Shown here: in pieces, positions 1 through 8,532 of the stretch | How positions within the stretch are numbered: position 1 is the stretch's first letter | How the letters are laid out: every line of letters begins with the position of its first letter | Assembly: GCA_020627645.1 (NCBI GenBank) | Contig: JAHDGN010000003.1 | Location: 1 to 32,029 of the forward strand | DNA from: Akkermansiaceae bacterium | GTDB lineage: Bacteria; Verrucomicrobiota; Verrucomicrobiia; Verrucomicrobiales; Akkermansiaceae | DNA: 32,029 nucleotides | Direction of reading: 5' to 3' | Notes under the pieces: generated by a model | The model's database searches: none | Told to the model about the DNA's origin: nothing | The model's input: only the letters and a program-made list of their open reading frames with translations | Position numbers and translations under genes: made by a program

Positions 1-51
1 CCTGTAGCTGTCAGAACCCAATTCCACCCACAGATTCTGCGGAGGAGGCAT
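1..51 (-). CDS. Possible 5' end of a CDS running off the window (MPPPQNLWVELGSDSYR...). The 'VxLGxxSY' start resembles 3-dehydroquinate synthase N-termini, but it is far too short to call.
   Basis: ATG at 51..49 on the minus strand, then an open frame to position 1. Only 17 codons are visible. Confidence 0.2.
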   Translation of the reverse strand, partial: MPPPQNLWVELGSDSYR

Positions 52-292
52 TTTTAGGAGTCCTACCCGGTGTGAGGAGAAAGATTCGTCGAACTTATCT
101 AAATTTCAGCGTTGTTGTGGTGGGTGCATCGGTTGGGCATTTCAAAAATTCTAGAAGTTTATCGCTTTAAATGTGTATGCGTATTTTTGTTAGAAGGCTT
201 TCGATTAACCAACTGTTTTTCGTTATGAAAACGCCGATAACCCAATCGTATCTTATTTTTGATTCATTAAAATTTCGGAAAGTTGAGATATT

Positions 293-2461
293 TCAGGGGT
301 TGATTATTGAGAGAAGATCGTTCCCGAGAACTTCGCCGATTTCGAAGTAGGTTTCGGCATTATGATGCCAATGGTGGCCTTGTGATGGTGCGGGAGAAAC
401 ATTTCCAAGTCGCCAGAACGGCCGTGTGTCTGATGCTTTCACGTTTCCCTCGAATTCTGGGAATTCTGAGGGATTCGCAACGGCCAGTTGGTTTAGAACG
501 AGAGTCAGTGGATTTCCGCTTGAGTTGAATCCTTCGTGTCCGGTGGTGGCGATGGAGAAGGGGAGGTTGCTAACGCCGCATTCATTGCGCACATCCCGAA
601 TCAGATCAGCAAGGTTGTCTTTGTATTCGTTGACCGTAAACGCTTCGAAGCGGTCGTTGTATCCTTGATGCCAAGCAACACCAGCGATTTGGTATCCTTG
701 GCCTGCCCAATCTGGAAATTCGGAATCGAAGTTGTCGAGAACGTTGTGGACGTATTCCATCATTGCTCGGTAGTAGAGCCCGACGTTGCCTCCTCGGTTT
801 GCAACAGCAGATGGGGGGCGGAAGTCGGAAGTTAGGCTTTTTCCTCCCCAAGCCGTTTTGATGATTAAAACAGGCTCATTGTAAAAATCGCCAAGGATGT
901 GACCGGCCGCATATTCGGGGCCGAATCTTTGGGTAGAGGTTCCAAAGCCGATGTTGAGATTACCTTTGATAGGATTTGGAGGGTCTGCAGGTTGGCTTCT
1001 GTCCCAGACTACTTTTACGTCTGAACGGGATTGCCAATTGCCTGAACCGTTCACAAGAGATCCGTATTTCCCGGCTTCGGTATTCACGAGGTGACGCAGG
1101 CTACCGACGTTGCCGTTTCCACCCGAGCCGAGTTCACTTTCCCCAAAGCCCTCCATATTAGATTGCCCGGCGAAGATAAAGACCTTCACCCCGTTGGGGG
1201 TGTTGTCGAAAGTCTTAAAAGAGCGGGGAGTCGAATTTGAGAGGGGGCGCCCTGAGCGGTCCGTGAGATTGGACATTGAAACGTTGAAGGTTGTGTTTGG
1301 GGCAAGTGGTGAATCAGTAGTGAGTCTGACTGTTTCTTCGTTGTCCCCATACGTTGCTGAAGAGATGGATATGGGGGTGCCCGACGATGTTGTGACAGTA
1401 AAATTTGAGGGATTGTTGGCGATAGAAGATAGGATCGGCTCCGAGAAATCGATTTCAATTTGATTACCGACTCCCCAGGTGCGGAGTAAGATCGGGTCGT
1501 CAAAGTCTGGAGGGCCAACGCGAAAGAAGATTCGATCCGCGGATGGGGCGGGGTTATTGAATGGGCCAAAAGAAGTTGATGACCCGGAGTTCGTGGCGCT
1601 GATTACAGGTGAACCAATCGGGTTGAAATTTTCAAGGTCGGTGGACCACTGAAGAGAGTAGCTATCTCCGGGAAAGGATTGCCAGGAGACGGTGAGTTCA
1701 TCAGTTGAATCATTATAGCTCACCTCGGTGATGTCGACATCTTGCCGGATGATGTCGGTTTCGGCTATTTGGATAGCGGCTGGTCCGTTGTGGGTAAATC
1801 CTTCGCCGTAAGTACGGATTGATAGTGAAGAGTCAGAGAGTCCGCGAATCACGCGATAGTTTCCTGGGGTTGTTGGATCAACTATTTCGGTAAGAGTTCC
1901 GTTGGGCTCGGCAGTGATGAGAGTGTAGTTAAACGGAGCTCCATCGTTGACAATGAGAGTTCCCTTGCCGTCGAGCTGTTGACCTTGGTTTTGGCCAAAA
2001 TAGACGATCAGATCGTAGCCGTCGAAGGGGATATTTGTGATGGTAATGACTCCATGGTTTGAATCGTCCCCGGGATCCTGGGTGGTATTCATGTGCCCGT
2101 CTAGGATGGTGGCGTTACCATTATTGTGAGTTGAGGCATCTCGAAGGTTTTTATAGGTCCCCGGATTACGTAAACTTGAGATTTGAAAAGTAGCGTTCGC
2201 TCCATTCTTGGAGGAAATATTTTCGGTTCGTTGGGAGGCGTAGACATTTTGCCATCCATTTGTATTCCACGCACCCGCTCCAGCATTTTGGTTAGGACTC
2301 ATTTGAATTACCTCGGTCTGAAGTGCTGACCCGCTTCCGAAGAATCCCCAGAGGTTGACGCTAAAGATATCGTTTTGGGCATCTAATGGGCTAACGATGA
2401 GGGCGACTAAGGATGTTGAAATTGCGATTTTGTGTGGGCTTTGGGAAAAGAAATGGGACAT
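293..2461 (-). CDS. Secreted multidomain protein with a C-terminal sialate O-acetylesterase-like (SASA/DUF303, SGNH-type) esterase domain
   Basis: 722-codon ORF with ATG at 2461 and a hydrophobic N-terminus. It has a ~200-aa unassigned N-terminal module and Fn3/Ig-like middle segments. Esterase blocks are VKVFIFAGQSNMEG, AWGGKSL, WHQGYND and GHHWHHN. It is colinear by eye with the product of 3310..5364. Confidence 0.85.
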   Translation of the reverse strand: MSHFFSQSPHKIAISTSLVALIVSPLDAQNDIFSVNLWGFFGSGSALQTEVIQMSPNQNAGAGAWNTNGWQNVYASQRTENISSKNGANATFQISSLRNPGTYKNLRDASTHNNGNATILDGHMNTTQDPGDDSNHGVITITNIPFDGYDLIVYFGQNQGQQLDGKGTLIVNDGAPFNYTLITAEPNGTLTEIVDPTTPGNYRVIRGLSDSSLSIRTYGEGFTHNGPAAIQIAETDIIRQDVDITEVSYNDSTDELTVSWQSFPGDSYSLQWSTDLENFNPIGSPVISATNSGSSTSFGPFNNPAPSADRIFFRVGPPDFDDPILLRTWGVGNQIEIDFSEPILSSIANNPSNFTVTTSSGTPISISSATYGDNEETVRLTTDSPLAPNTTFNVSMSNLTDRSGRPLSNSTPRSFKTFDNTPNGVKVFIFAGQSNMEGFGESELGSGGNGNVGSLRHLVNTEAGKYGSLVNGSGNWQSRSDVKVVWDRSQPADPPNPIKGNLNIGFGTSTQRFGPEYAAGHILGDFYNEPVLIIKTAWGGKSLTSDFRPPSAVANRGGNVGLYYRAMMEYVHNVLDNFDSEFPDWAGQGYQIAGVAWHQGYNDRFEAFTVNEYKDNLADLIRDVRNECGVSNLPFSIATTGHEGFNSSGNPLTLVLNQLAVANPSEFPEFEGNVKASDTRPFWRLGNVSPAPSQGHHWHHNAETYFEIGEVLGNDLLSIINP

Positions 2462-2536
2462 GATTAATATTAATCCTTTATCCTCTCAAAAGAAGGTGAA
2501 TCTATGGAGAAAGCAACAAAATTCTAAATGAGCTCG

Positions 2537-3295
2537 TTATTTGCTGGTTGGCGGGGAGTTTTTGATGGGAGGTGAGGGGAGAGTGATGCAGACAGTGACT
2601 TTGGTATGGACACGAGGAACGCCTTTGTCTCGAACAAACCAGACTCGATCGTCGGATCGGTCTTTGCCTGGGTAGTTGATTAGGGAGGGCCGAGCGGAGT
2701 AGATAGAAACAAGATCTCCTGATGATTCTGCTCTAAAATTGCCCTGAATGAAGTAGGATCCAGTATAGAGCCATGGGCCATTTTTCATTGGGTTCTTGCG
2801 GCTTTTATATCCAACCCAATCATTTAGGGTGGCTGATTTCTTCGTTTCATTTTCGAGCCATGATAGCCCAATGGTGATTCGTGCAGCTTTCTTTGTTGCC
2901 TCAGAAACTTCGGGGAATTTACCAGTTGGTCTGAAGTCCTTGTCTAAAATTTGGAAGAGTTCGCCCGATGCTGGCACCGAGAGGAGTTTAAAAGCAGTGT
3001 TGAGGTTGATTGCGCTGATATCTGCGACGAGTAAGGATTCGTGAGTTCGACCTTTCGGGGTGACAATCGCAGCTTCGACGATCTCGTTATTGTTCATGTT
3101 GACAATAGCGGGGAAGCTGATTGTTCGGTTTTTTTTGTGAATGGTGACCTTTCCAATTTTGATGGTGTGCTGATCAATTCGAGTGATTTTGGGTGGGTCT
3201 GCTTTCTTTGTTTCAGCTGGTTGTAAAGAGGGCTCCTTAGCGTTGGCAAAAATTGTGATCAAAGCGCAAAAAAGGAGCGAGTGGTGTTTTTTCAT
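2537..3295 (-). CDS. Secreted protein of unknown function (possibly YdjY-domain-like)
   Basis: 252-codon ORF with ATG start and signal peptide MKKHHSLLFCALITIFANA. It lies 14 nt after the upstream stop and 75 nt before the next start on the same strand. The segment IVEAAIVTPKGRTHESLLVADISAINLNTAFKLL resembles the YdjY-domain signature as I remember it; this is not verified. Confidence 0.7.
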   Translation of the reverse strand: MKKHHSLLFCALITIFANAKEPSLQPAETKKADPPKITRIDQHTIKIGKVTIHKKNRTISFPAIVNMNNNEIVEAAIVTPKGRTHESLLVADISAINLNTAFKLLSVPASGELFQILDKDFRPTGKFPEVSEATKKAARITIGLSWLENETKKSATLNDWVGYKSRKNPMKNGPWLYTGSYFIQGNFRAESSGDLVSIYSARPSLINYPGKDRSDDRVWFVRDKGVPRVHTKVTVCITLPSPPIKNSPPTSK

Positions 3296-3309
3296 TCTAG
3301 TGATTTGGT

Positions 3310-5364
3310 CTAGGGATTGAGAATGGAAAGCATTTCATTAGCGATACTTTCTCCAATAAGGTAATAGGTTTCGGCATTGTGATTCCAATGGAATCCTTGG
3401 TTTATTGGAGAGACATTTGCCTCTCGCCAGAAGGGGCGGGTATCTGTCGCTGTTACGGTTCCAGAGAATTCGGGAAACTGGGCTGAGTCTGCAATGGCGA
3501 GTTGGTTGGCGTGAAGAGTCGCTCGGACGGATGATTGGGAGGTGCCCCCTTGTCCGGTGGTGGCCAGTGAAAATGGGAGACTGGGGTTGGCGAATTCTCG
3601 TCGGATATCACGAATAAAATCTGCGAGATTTTCTTTGTATTCTTCAGCGGTGAAGGCTGCGAGTTGATCGTTGAATCCTTGGTGCCAACCAAAGCCAGCG
3701 ATTTGATATCCTTGACCTGAAAATGATGGGAAAACGTTGTCTATATCATCTAGTACTTGGTGAGTGTATTCGAGCATTGTTTTGTAATGGAGTCCGATGG
3801 ATCCTCCCCGCTTGGCAACAGCTGAAGGTGGTCGGTAGTCTGCGAAGAGGCTTTTGCCTCCCCAAGCAATCTTTACAATGAGAACGGGTTCAGAGTATGT
3901 ATTTCCCATGATTTGACCAAAGGCGAATTCTGGGCCAAATTGTGAATTGGAGACTCCAAAACCAATTCCAAGATCTCCTGAGAGTAGATTACCAGTGTTG
4001 CCGGGTTCGTCGCGGCGCCACCATATTTTAACGTCTGAGCGGTTGGTGAAGTTTCCTGCTCCATCAACGAGTGAACCATATTTTGAAGGGTTGGTATTCA
4101 CGAGGTGCCTGAGGCTTCCAATGGTACCTGGTCCGGAGTTTCCGGCTTCGGAAGTTCCAAACCCTTCCATGTTTGATTGTCCGGCGAGAATAAACACTTT
4201 TACGCCAGTGGGGGTGTTGTCCCATGTTTTGAACGTAGAAGTATTGCTATTTGAAAGGCTGCGGCCAGCAAGGTCTGTCAGGTTGTTGACCGTAATTGAG
4301 TAGTTGGCAGCTAGGTTGAGGGGAACAGCGGTATTAAGGGTGATGGATGATGGAGTCGGTCCGGGGCTTGTTCCGGTGATGGTGACGATATTTCCGCCAA
4401 CCTCGGTTAGGGTATAGTTGCTTGTCTCGGTGACCCCGACCATCGGCTCTGAGAAGAACAGGGTAATTTCGGAATTGTTACCAGCAGCTCGGTCGAAAGT
4501 GGGATCGACAAAATCGGCTTCGGTGAGAGCGAAGAAAATTTTGTCTGAGGAGGCTGTGGGGGTGGGAATTGGGCCGAATGTGGTGAAGTCGTTGGTGGGG
4601 TGGGCGGAAATAACTGGATTTCCGGTTGGAAGGTAATTTATCAGATCTTCAGACCAGCAAAGGGAGTATTCGTCACCCGGGTTTGATTGCCAGGTCAAGG
4701 TGATGTCTCCGTTGGATGGGTCAACTGAGATATCGGTAAACTGGACCGGAATTTGAGCTCTGGTTGATTCTGCAAGCTGAAAGCCGGCGGGGCCGTTGTG
4801 AGTGAAGCCATCGCCATAGCTTTGAATTTTTAGTGATGATCCGGTGAGCCCTCGAAAGATCATGTAATTGCCAGGTGTCACCGGGTCTGTGATTTCAGTG
4901 AGAGTGCCGTTAGGTTCTGTAGTAATGAGAGTATACTCTTCAAGAGAGCCATCGTTGAGGCTTACAAAGCCTTTACCGTCGAACTGCTGCCCTTCGTTTT
5001 GTCCTAGGTAAAGGACTAGATCGTATGCGGCAAATGGGATGTTGTCGATTTGGAGAATCGAGTGATTGGAGGTGTCGCCGGGATCTTGAGTCGCGTTAAT
5101 GTGACCGTAGAGGAGGGAGGCATTTGGTAGTGAATGGGTAGATGGTGAACGAATCCCGGAATATGGGCCGGGATTACGCATTGAGAGAAGGGTGAAAGTC
5201 GCATTTGCTCCATTGACGGAGGAAATGGTGGTCGGACTGTTTATCAGGGTCTGAACGTTTTGCCATCCTGAAGAATCCCATGGTGGTGCTCCTGCGATAT
5301 CGGATGAATTTAGTAAATGGTTTGTTCCGCGGTGCCCCCTGGGTTGCTCCCAAAGAAGCCCCAA
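3310..5364 (-). CDS. C-terminal part (~680 codons) of a frameshifted secreted SASA-type esterase; continues ORF 5310..6524
   Basis: Long ORF with no signal peptide and no convincing start of its own. It contains GVKVFILAGQSNMEG, AWGGKSL, WHQGFND and FHWNHN, and aligns along its whole length with 293..2461. Its first residues, LLNSSDIAGAPPWDSSGWQNV, continue the module that begins at the end of the upstream ORF. Confidence 0.8.
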   Translation of the reverse strand: MGLLWEQPRGHRGTNHLLNSSDIAGAPPWDSSGWQNVQTLINSPTTISSVNGANATFTLLSMRNPGPYSGIRSPSTHSLPNASLLYGHINATQDPGDTSNHSILQIDNIPFAAYDLVLYLGQNEGQQFDGKGFVSLNDGSLEEYTLITTEPNGTLTEITDPVTPGNYMIFRGLTGSSLKIQSYGDGFTHNGPAGFQLAESTRAQIPVQFTDISVDPSNGDITLTWQSNPGDEYSLCWSEDLINYLPTGNPVISAHPTNDFTTFGPIPTPTASSDKIFFALTEADFVDPTFDRAAGNNSEITLFFSEPMVGVTETSNYTLTEVGGNIVTITGTSPGPTPSSITLNTAVPLNLAANYSITVNNLTDLAGRSLSNSNTSTFKTWDNTPTGVKVFILAGQSNMEGFGTSEAGNSGPGTIGSLRHLVNTNPSKYGSLVDGAGNFTNRSDVKIWWRRDEPGNTGNLLSGDLGIGFGVSNSQFGPEFAFGQIMGNTYSEPVLIVKIAWGGKSLFADYRPPSAVAKRGGSIGLHYKTMLEYTHQVLDDIDNVFPSFSGQGYQIAGFGWHQGFNDQLAAFTAEEYKENLADFIRDIRREFANPSLPFSLATTGQGGTSQSSVRATLHANQLAIADSAQFPEFSGTVTATDTRPFWREANVSPINQGFHWNHNAETYYLIGESIANEMLSILNP

Positions 5365-6494
5365 AGGTTTACGTTGAAAAGGTCGCCAGTGGCGGGTGGG
5401 GCGACGAAGTCGATTGTGGTCGTTTGAGTCAGGGTGAGGGAATTTGAAATGACCGTGGCGGAAAATTCTTGGGATTCAACGGTGTTAGAAGTGACTGTGA
5501 AGACGGCTTGTCCAGCAGCGTTAGTGGAGGCTGTTGTTGGTGAAATGGTTGCTGATCCAGAGCCTCCGGTTTGATTGAGGGTGACGTTTTCGCCCGCTAT
5601 TGGAATACCGTTTGCGTCACGAAGAGTGACCGTAATTTGAGTTGAAGCTGATCCGTTGGCGGCTACCGAATTTGTTGATGCGGTTAGGGTTGAGGTGTTT
5701 GGATCGACGGGGCCAGCGGTTACGCCCCCGGTTTCACGAATCTGAATGCCGGCAATTCCAATATGGTTGAATTGTTTCCCCCAGGTTTGAATATTAATCT
5801 CTGTTCCTGAAAGATTGTTGTATATGATGTAGTTGCCGGTGTCGCCGTCAGCGGTGATTTCGTCGAGTGTCCCATCAGGTTCTCCGTTTGGTAGGGTGAA
5901 GGTTGTTCCTCCAGTTTTGTCGGTTGGATCGGTGGGGATTTCTTCGTTGATTCGAACTGTGGCGATTCGGTCAAATGCCTGACCTTCGTTCACTCCAAAG
6001 TAGATAGCTATGTCGTAGGTGGCGAAAGGGATGTTGGAAATTTTGATTGAGCCAGTGCGTTCGGGGAATGGAGCCCCAGAGCCGCTAAACTCGTCAAACT
6101 CGGTGGAGTTTGAATGGCCGTCAAGTAGGCTGGCATTTGGGTTAGAATGGCTTGAGGGATCACGAAGAGAGGCCCAAAAATATGACCCTGCATTTCGTTG
6201 ATTAATGATTTCAAAGGTTACAGTTGAGCCTTCTGAGCCGTTGATTGTTGTTGCTGGGAAGTTCTCTATGAACCCATTTGCTTGTCCAACATTTTGCCAG
6301 CCGGCTGTCTCCCAACCTGGAGCGCCAGCAATTTCAGTAGGTGCGATTTGGAGGAGGGTTAGGTTATTCGGGTCCGCCCAGGGGGAGGGGGGAGACGATG
6401 ATCCTGCCGGCCAGAAATTCACGTTAAATGATTCGGCGTAAGTCGTTGGACATAAGAAGAGGAATGAGGCCGCAAGGTTGAGCAGTTTTTTCAT
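5310..6494 (-). CDS. N-terminal part of the same frameshifted gene: signal peptide, unassigned ~200-aa module, Big_1-type bacterial Ig-like domain, then the start of a second module copy
   Basis: The ORF is open to a TTG at 6524, but the ATG at 6494 gives a clean signal peptide, MKKLLNLAASFLFLCPTTYA. The Ig-like segment is VDPNTSTLTASTNSVAANGSASTQITVTLRDANGIPIAGENVTLNQ. The ORF ends DLFNVNLWGFFGSNPGGTAEQTIY*, in the middle of a module. Confidence 0.75.
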   Translation of the reverse strand: MKKLLNLAASFLFLCPTTYAESFNVNFWPAGSSSPPSPWADPNNLTLLQIAPTEIAGAPGWETAGWQNVGQANGFIENFPATTINGSEGSTVTFEIINQRNAGSYFWASLRDPSSHSNPNASLLDGHSNSTEFDEFSGSGAPFPERTGSIKISNIPFATYDIAIYFGVNEGQAFDRIATVRINEEIPTDPTDKTGGTTFTLPNGEPDGTLDEITADGDTGNYIIYNNLSGTEINIQTWGKQFNHIGIAGIQIRETGGVTAGPVDPNTSTLTASTNSVAANGSASTQITVTLRDANGIPIAGENVTLNQTGGSGSATISPTTASTNAAGQAVFTVTSNTVESQEFSATVISNSLTLTQTTTIDFVAPPATGDLFNVNLWGFFGSNPGGTAEQTIY

Positions 6495-6689
6495 TTTGGT
6501 TGTTGGGAGGAGGGGGTGAATCAATAATGAGGGATTCTCATAACAAACTGCGGAACTGAAGTTGGATCAAGGGAAAAGTCAGAGATGCAGATACTCCGCT
6601 TGTTGATCGAGTGGGTTAAGCTGACGGGTGAGCTTTTTTGTGAATCATTCGGATTGGAACTCCGTCATAATTCTGTAAATCTAAGAAAT

Positions 6690-7358
6690 ATGAAGTTAAG
6701 TGCTTATTTAATACCTGTTTTACTCTCTGGAAGTCTTGTTGTTTCATCCTGTCAGACAGCAAATCCTTACACGGGGCAGTCGCAAATTTCCAAAACGACG
6801 ATTGGTGCTGTTGCGGGAGGGTTGTTGGGAGCGGGAGTCGGAGCGTTGACAGGGAAGAATTCAAAGGAGCGCAGGAAACGAGCGTTGATCGGAATGGGAG
6901 TTGGTGTTCTTGGTGGTGGAGCTGTGGGGGCCTATATGGATCGGCAAGAGACTGAGTTGCGTCGTGAGCTTCAAGGTGCTGGGGTGGGGATTAGTCGACG
7001 AGGAAACGAGATCTCGTTGATCATGCCTGGTGATATTACTTTTGCGACTGGTAGCTCTCAAATTGAAGGTCGATTTTATGGGACTCTGGATGGTGTGGCT
7101 AAAGTTTTGGTGAAGTACGACAAAACCATGATTGATGTTTCTGGTCATACCGACAGTGTTGGTGCTCGAGACTATAATTATCGGTTATCGCAGCAGCGAG
7201 CAGGAAGTGTTGCTGGATACCTGCAGAGTAGGAGGATTAATTCGGCTAGGTTGCAAGTCGTTGGATATGGGCCGGATCAACCTGTTGCTTCTAATCATAC
7301 CCCAGAGGGGCGGCAAGCTAATCGAAGAGTTACGATTCAGTTGGCTCCACTCATGTAG
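6690..7358 (+). CDS. OmpA-family lipoprotein (glycine-zipper N-terminal region plus OmpA C-terminal peptidoglycan-binding domain, YiaD-like)
   Basis: The ATG at 6690 gives MKLSAYLIPVLLSGSLVVSSC, a lipobox-like VSSC. Glycine zippers are GAVAGGLLGAGVGALTG and GMGVGVLGGGAVGAY. OmpA_C motifs are GHTDSVGARDYNYRLSQQRA and NRRVTI. The ORF-track start at 6585 adds 35 unlikely residues. Confidence 0.85.
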   Translation: MKLSAYLIPVLLSGSLVVSSCQTANPYTGQSQISKTTIGAVAGGLLGAGVGALTGKNSKERRKRALIGMGVGVLGGGAVGAYMDRQETELRRELQGAGVGISRRGNEISLIMPGDITFATGSSQIEGRFYGTLDGVAKVLVKYDKTMIDVSGHTDSVGARDYNYRLSQQRAGSVAGYLQSRRINSARLQVVGYGPDQPVASNHTPEGRQANRRVTIQLAPLM

Positions 7359-7384
7359 GTTGCCTGAATGTTGACATTCGATTC

Positions 7385-7420
7385 GAAAAGGGGGTGCCGT
7401 AGGTGCCCTCTTTTCGTTTT
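7385..7420 (+). terminator. Probable intrinsic terminator after the OmpA-like gene, lying between convergent genes
   Basis: The arms are GAAAAGGGGGTGCC and GGTGCCCTCTTTTC, separated by the 3-nt loop GTA. They form a 14-bp stem with 3 G-U pairs in the plus-strand RNA. The stem is followed by and overlaps TTTTCGTTTT. The hairpin is weaker in the minus-strand transcript. Confidence 0.5.
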
Positions 7421-7508
7421 GGGATTAGTACCACTTCTAGGTATCGGCCGTCTCGCTTTTGGCGGAAGCAATGACAGTTATTATTTTTGATGCTTTGACC
7501 TTTAGGAG

Positions 7509-8405
7509 CTAAGCGTTTTTCTTTTTTCTCCTGATCTTTGGAATGGGATTTTCCTTTTTGCCAAGGGCTTTGCGCATTTTTTCAAGCGCGATGTTTTGGA
7601 CTTGGCGAATTCGTTCGCGAGTGACTCCAAAGTCACGTGAAATTTCTTCAAGAGTCATTGGTTTTTTCCCATTGAGCCCAAAGCGTGCATCAATGATTTT
7701 TGTTTCTCGTTTGTCGAGAAGTTTGAGAAGGCTACCTAAAGCCCCGTGCATCTCTTTAGCGGTGAGGGCGTCCGCTGGGTTGATCGCATCCTTGTCGCCA
7801 ATTGTTTCGGAAAAGGTCGTATTTCCTTCTTCGCCGACGGGTGCGTCGAGCGATGTTGGTCGTTGTGCTGCTTGTTTAAGGAGCGCCAATTTTTTTCGCG
7901 ACAATCCTAGTATTTCGGTTAGTTCCTCGTCGGTCGGGTATCGTCCAAGCTCTTCGGTCAGTTGGATTGTTATTTTTCGTAGTCTCGCAATTTTGTCGAC
8001 CATGTGGACAGGAAGGCGAACTGTTTTGGATTGATTGGAAAGAGCTCGTTTGATGGCTTGTTTGATCCACCAAGCAGCATAGGTTGAAAGCTTTCCTCCT
8101 TTTTCTGGGTCAAATTTTTCGACAGCTTTCATGAGACCGATGTTTCCTTCGGAAATGAGGTCTGTCAGAGGGAGGCCATAGTTGGAATAATCTTTCGCGA
8201 TTTTGACAACCAAACGAAGGTTGGCGCGGATCATGTGGTCACGTGCTTCTGGATCTCCCATTTTGATCCGTTCGGCGAGTTCAATTTCCTCTTCGATGGT
8301 CAGAAGAGGAGTCTTTGAGATCTCACTCATGTATGGGCTCAGGATGCTATCGGAATCGCTGCTCATTACGACTTGAGATTGCCATGAATTTGGGATGAAT
8401 GCCAC
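7509..8405 (-). CDS. rpoD: RNA polymerase sigma factor, RpoD/SigA-like (sigma-70 family; regions 1.2, 2, 3 and 4, no long region 1.1)
   Basis: Motifs: [20 protein letters not shown] (region 1.2), [49 protein letters not shown] (region 2), RLPVHM (region 3) and [27 protein letters not shown] (region 4.2). The ORF begins at a GTG at 8405; an ATG at 8366 is an alternative start. Confidence 0.85.
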   Translation of the reverse strand: MAFIPNSWQSQVVMSSDSDSILSPYMSEISKTPLLTIEEEIELAERIKMGDPEARDHMIRANLRLVVKIAKDYSNYGLPLTDLISEGNIGLMKAVEKFDPEKGGKLSTYAAWWIKQAIKRALSNQSKTVRLPVHMVDKIARLRKITIQLTEELGRYPTDEELTEILGLSRKKLALLKQAAQRPTSLDAPVGEEGNTTFSETIGDKDAINPADALTAKEMHGALGSLLKLLDKRETKIIDARFGLNGKKPMTLEEISRDFGVTRERIRQVQNIALEKMRKALGKKENPIPKIRRKKKNA

Positions 8406-8443
8406 AACTTTCGGAAAATATTGAAAGTTTTAAATATTCATGG

Positions 8444-8473
8444 AATAAAAACCGCCGCATAGTCTCGCGGCGG
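8444..8473 (-). terminator. Rho-independent terminator downstream of the 31-codon basic ORF
   Basis: Perfect 7-bp GC stem CCGCCGC (8452..8458) / GCGGCGG (8467..8473) with an 8-nt loop. On the minus strand it is followed by TTTTTATT. Confidence 0.7.
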
Positions 8474-8532
8474 TGGGTGGGCAGGGGTGATGGTCTGCCG
8501 GGCCAGATCTTCTGGTAAAAGTCGAAGGTGGC

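Noticed and set aside
5310-5364. Programmed -1 ribosomal frameshift as the explanation for the split esterase gene
   Set aside because: There is no canonical X-XXY-YYZ slippery heptamer in the zero frame and no obvious downstream stimulatory structure. A one-base indel in a short homopolymer explains the split more simply. It cannot be excluded without read data.
7543-8034. 163-aa antisense ORF inside the sigma-factor gene
   Set aside because: It is a shadow ORF. Its Ser/Arg-rich composition mirrors the codons of the real gene on the other strand.
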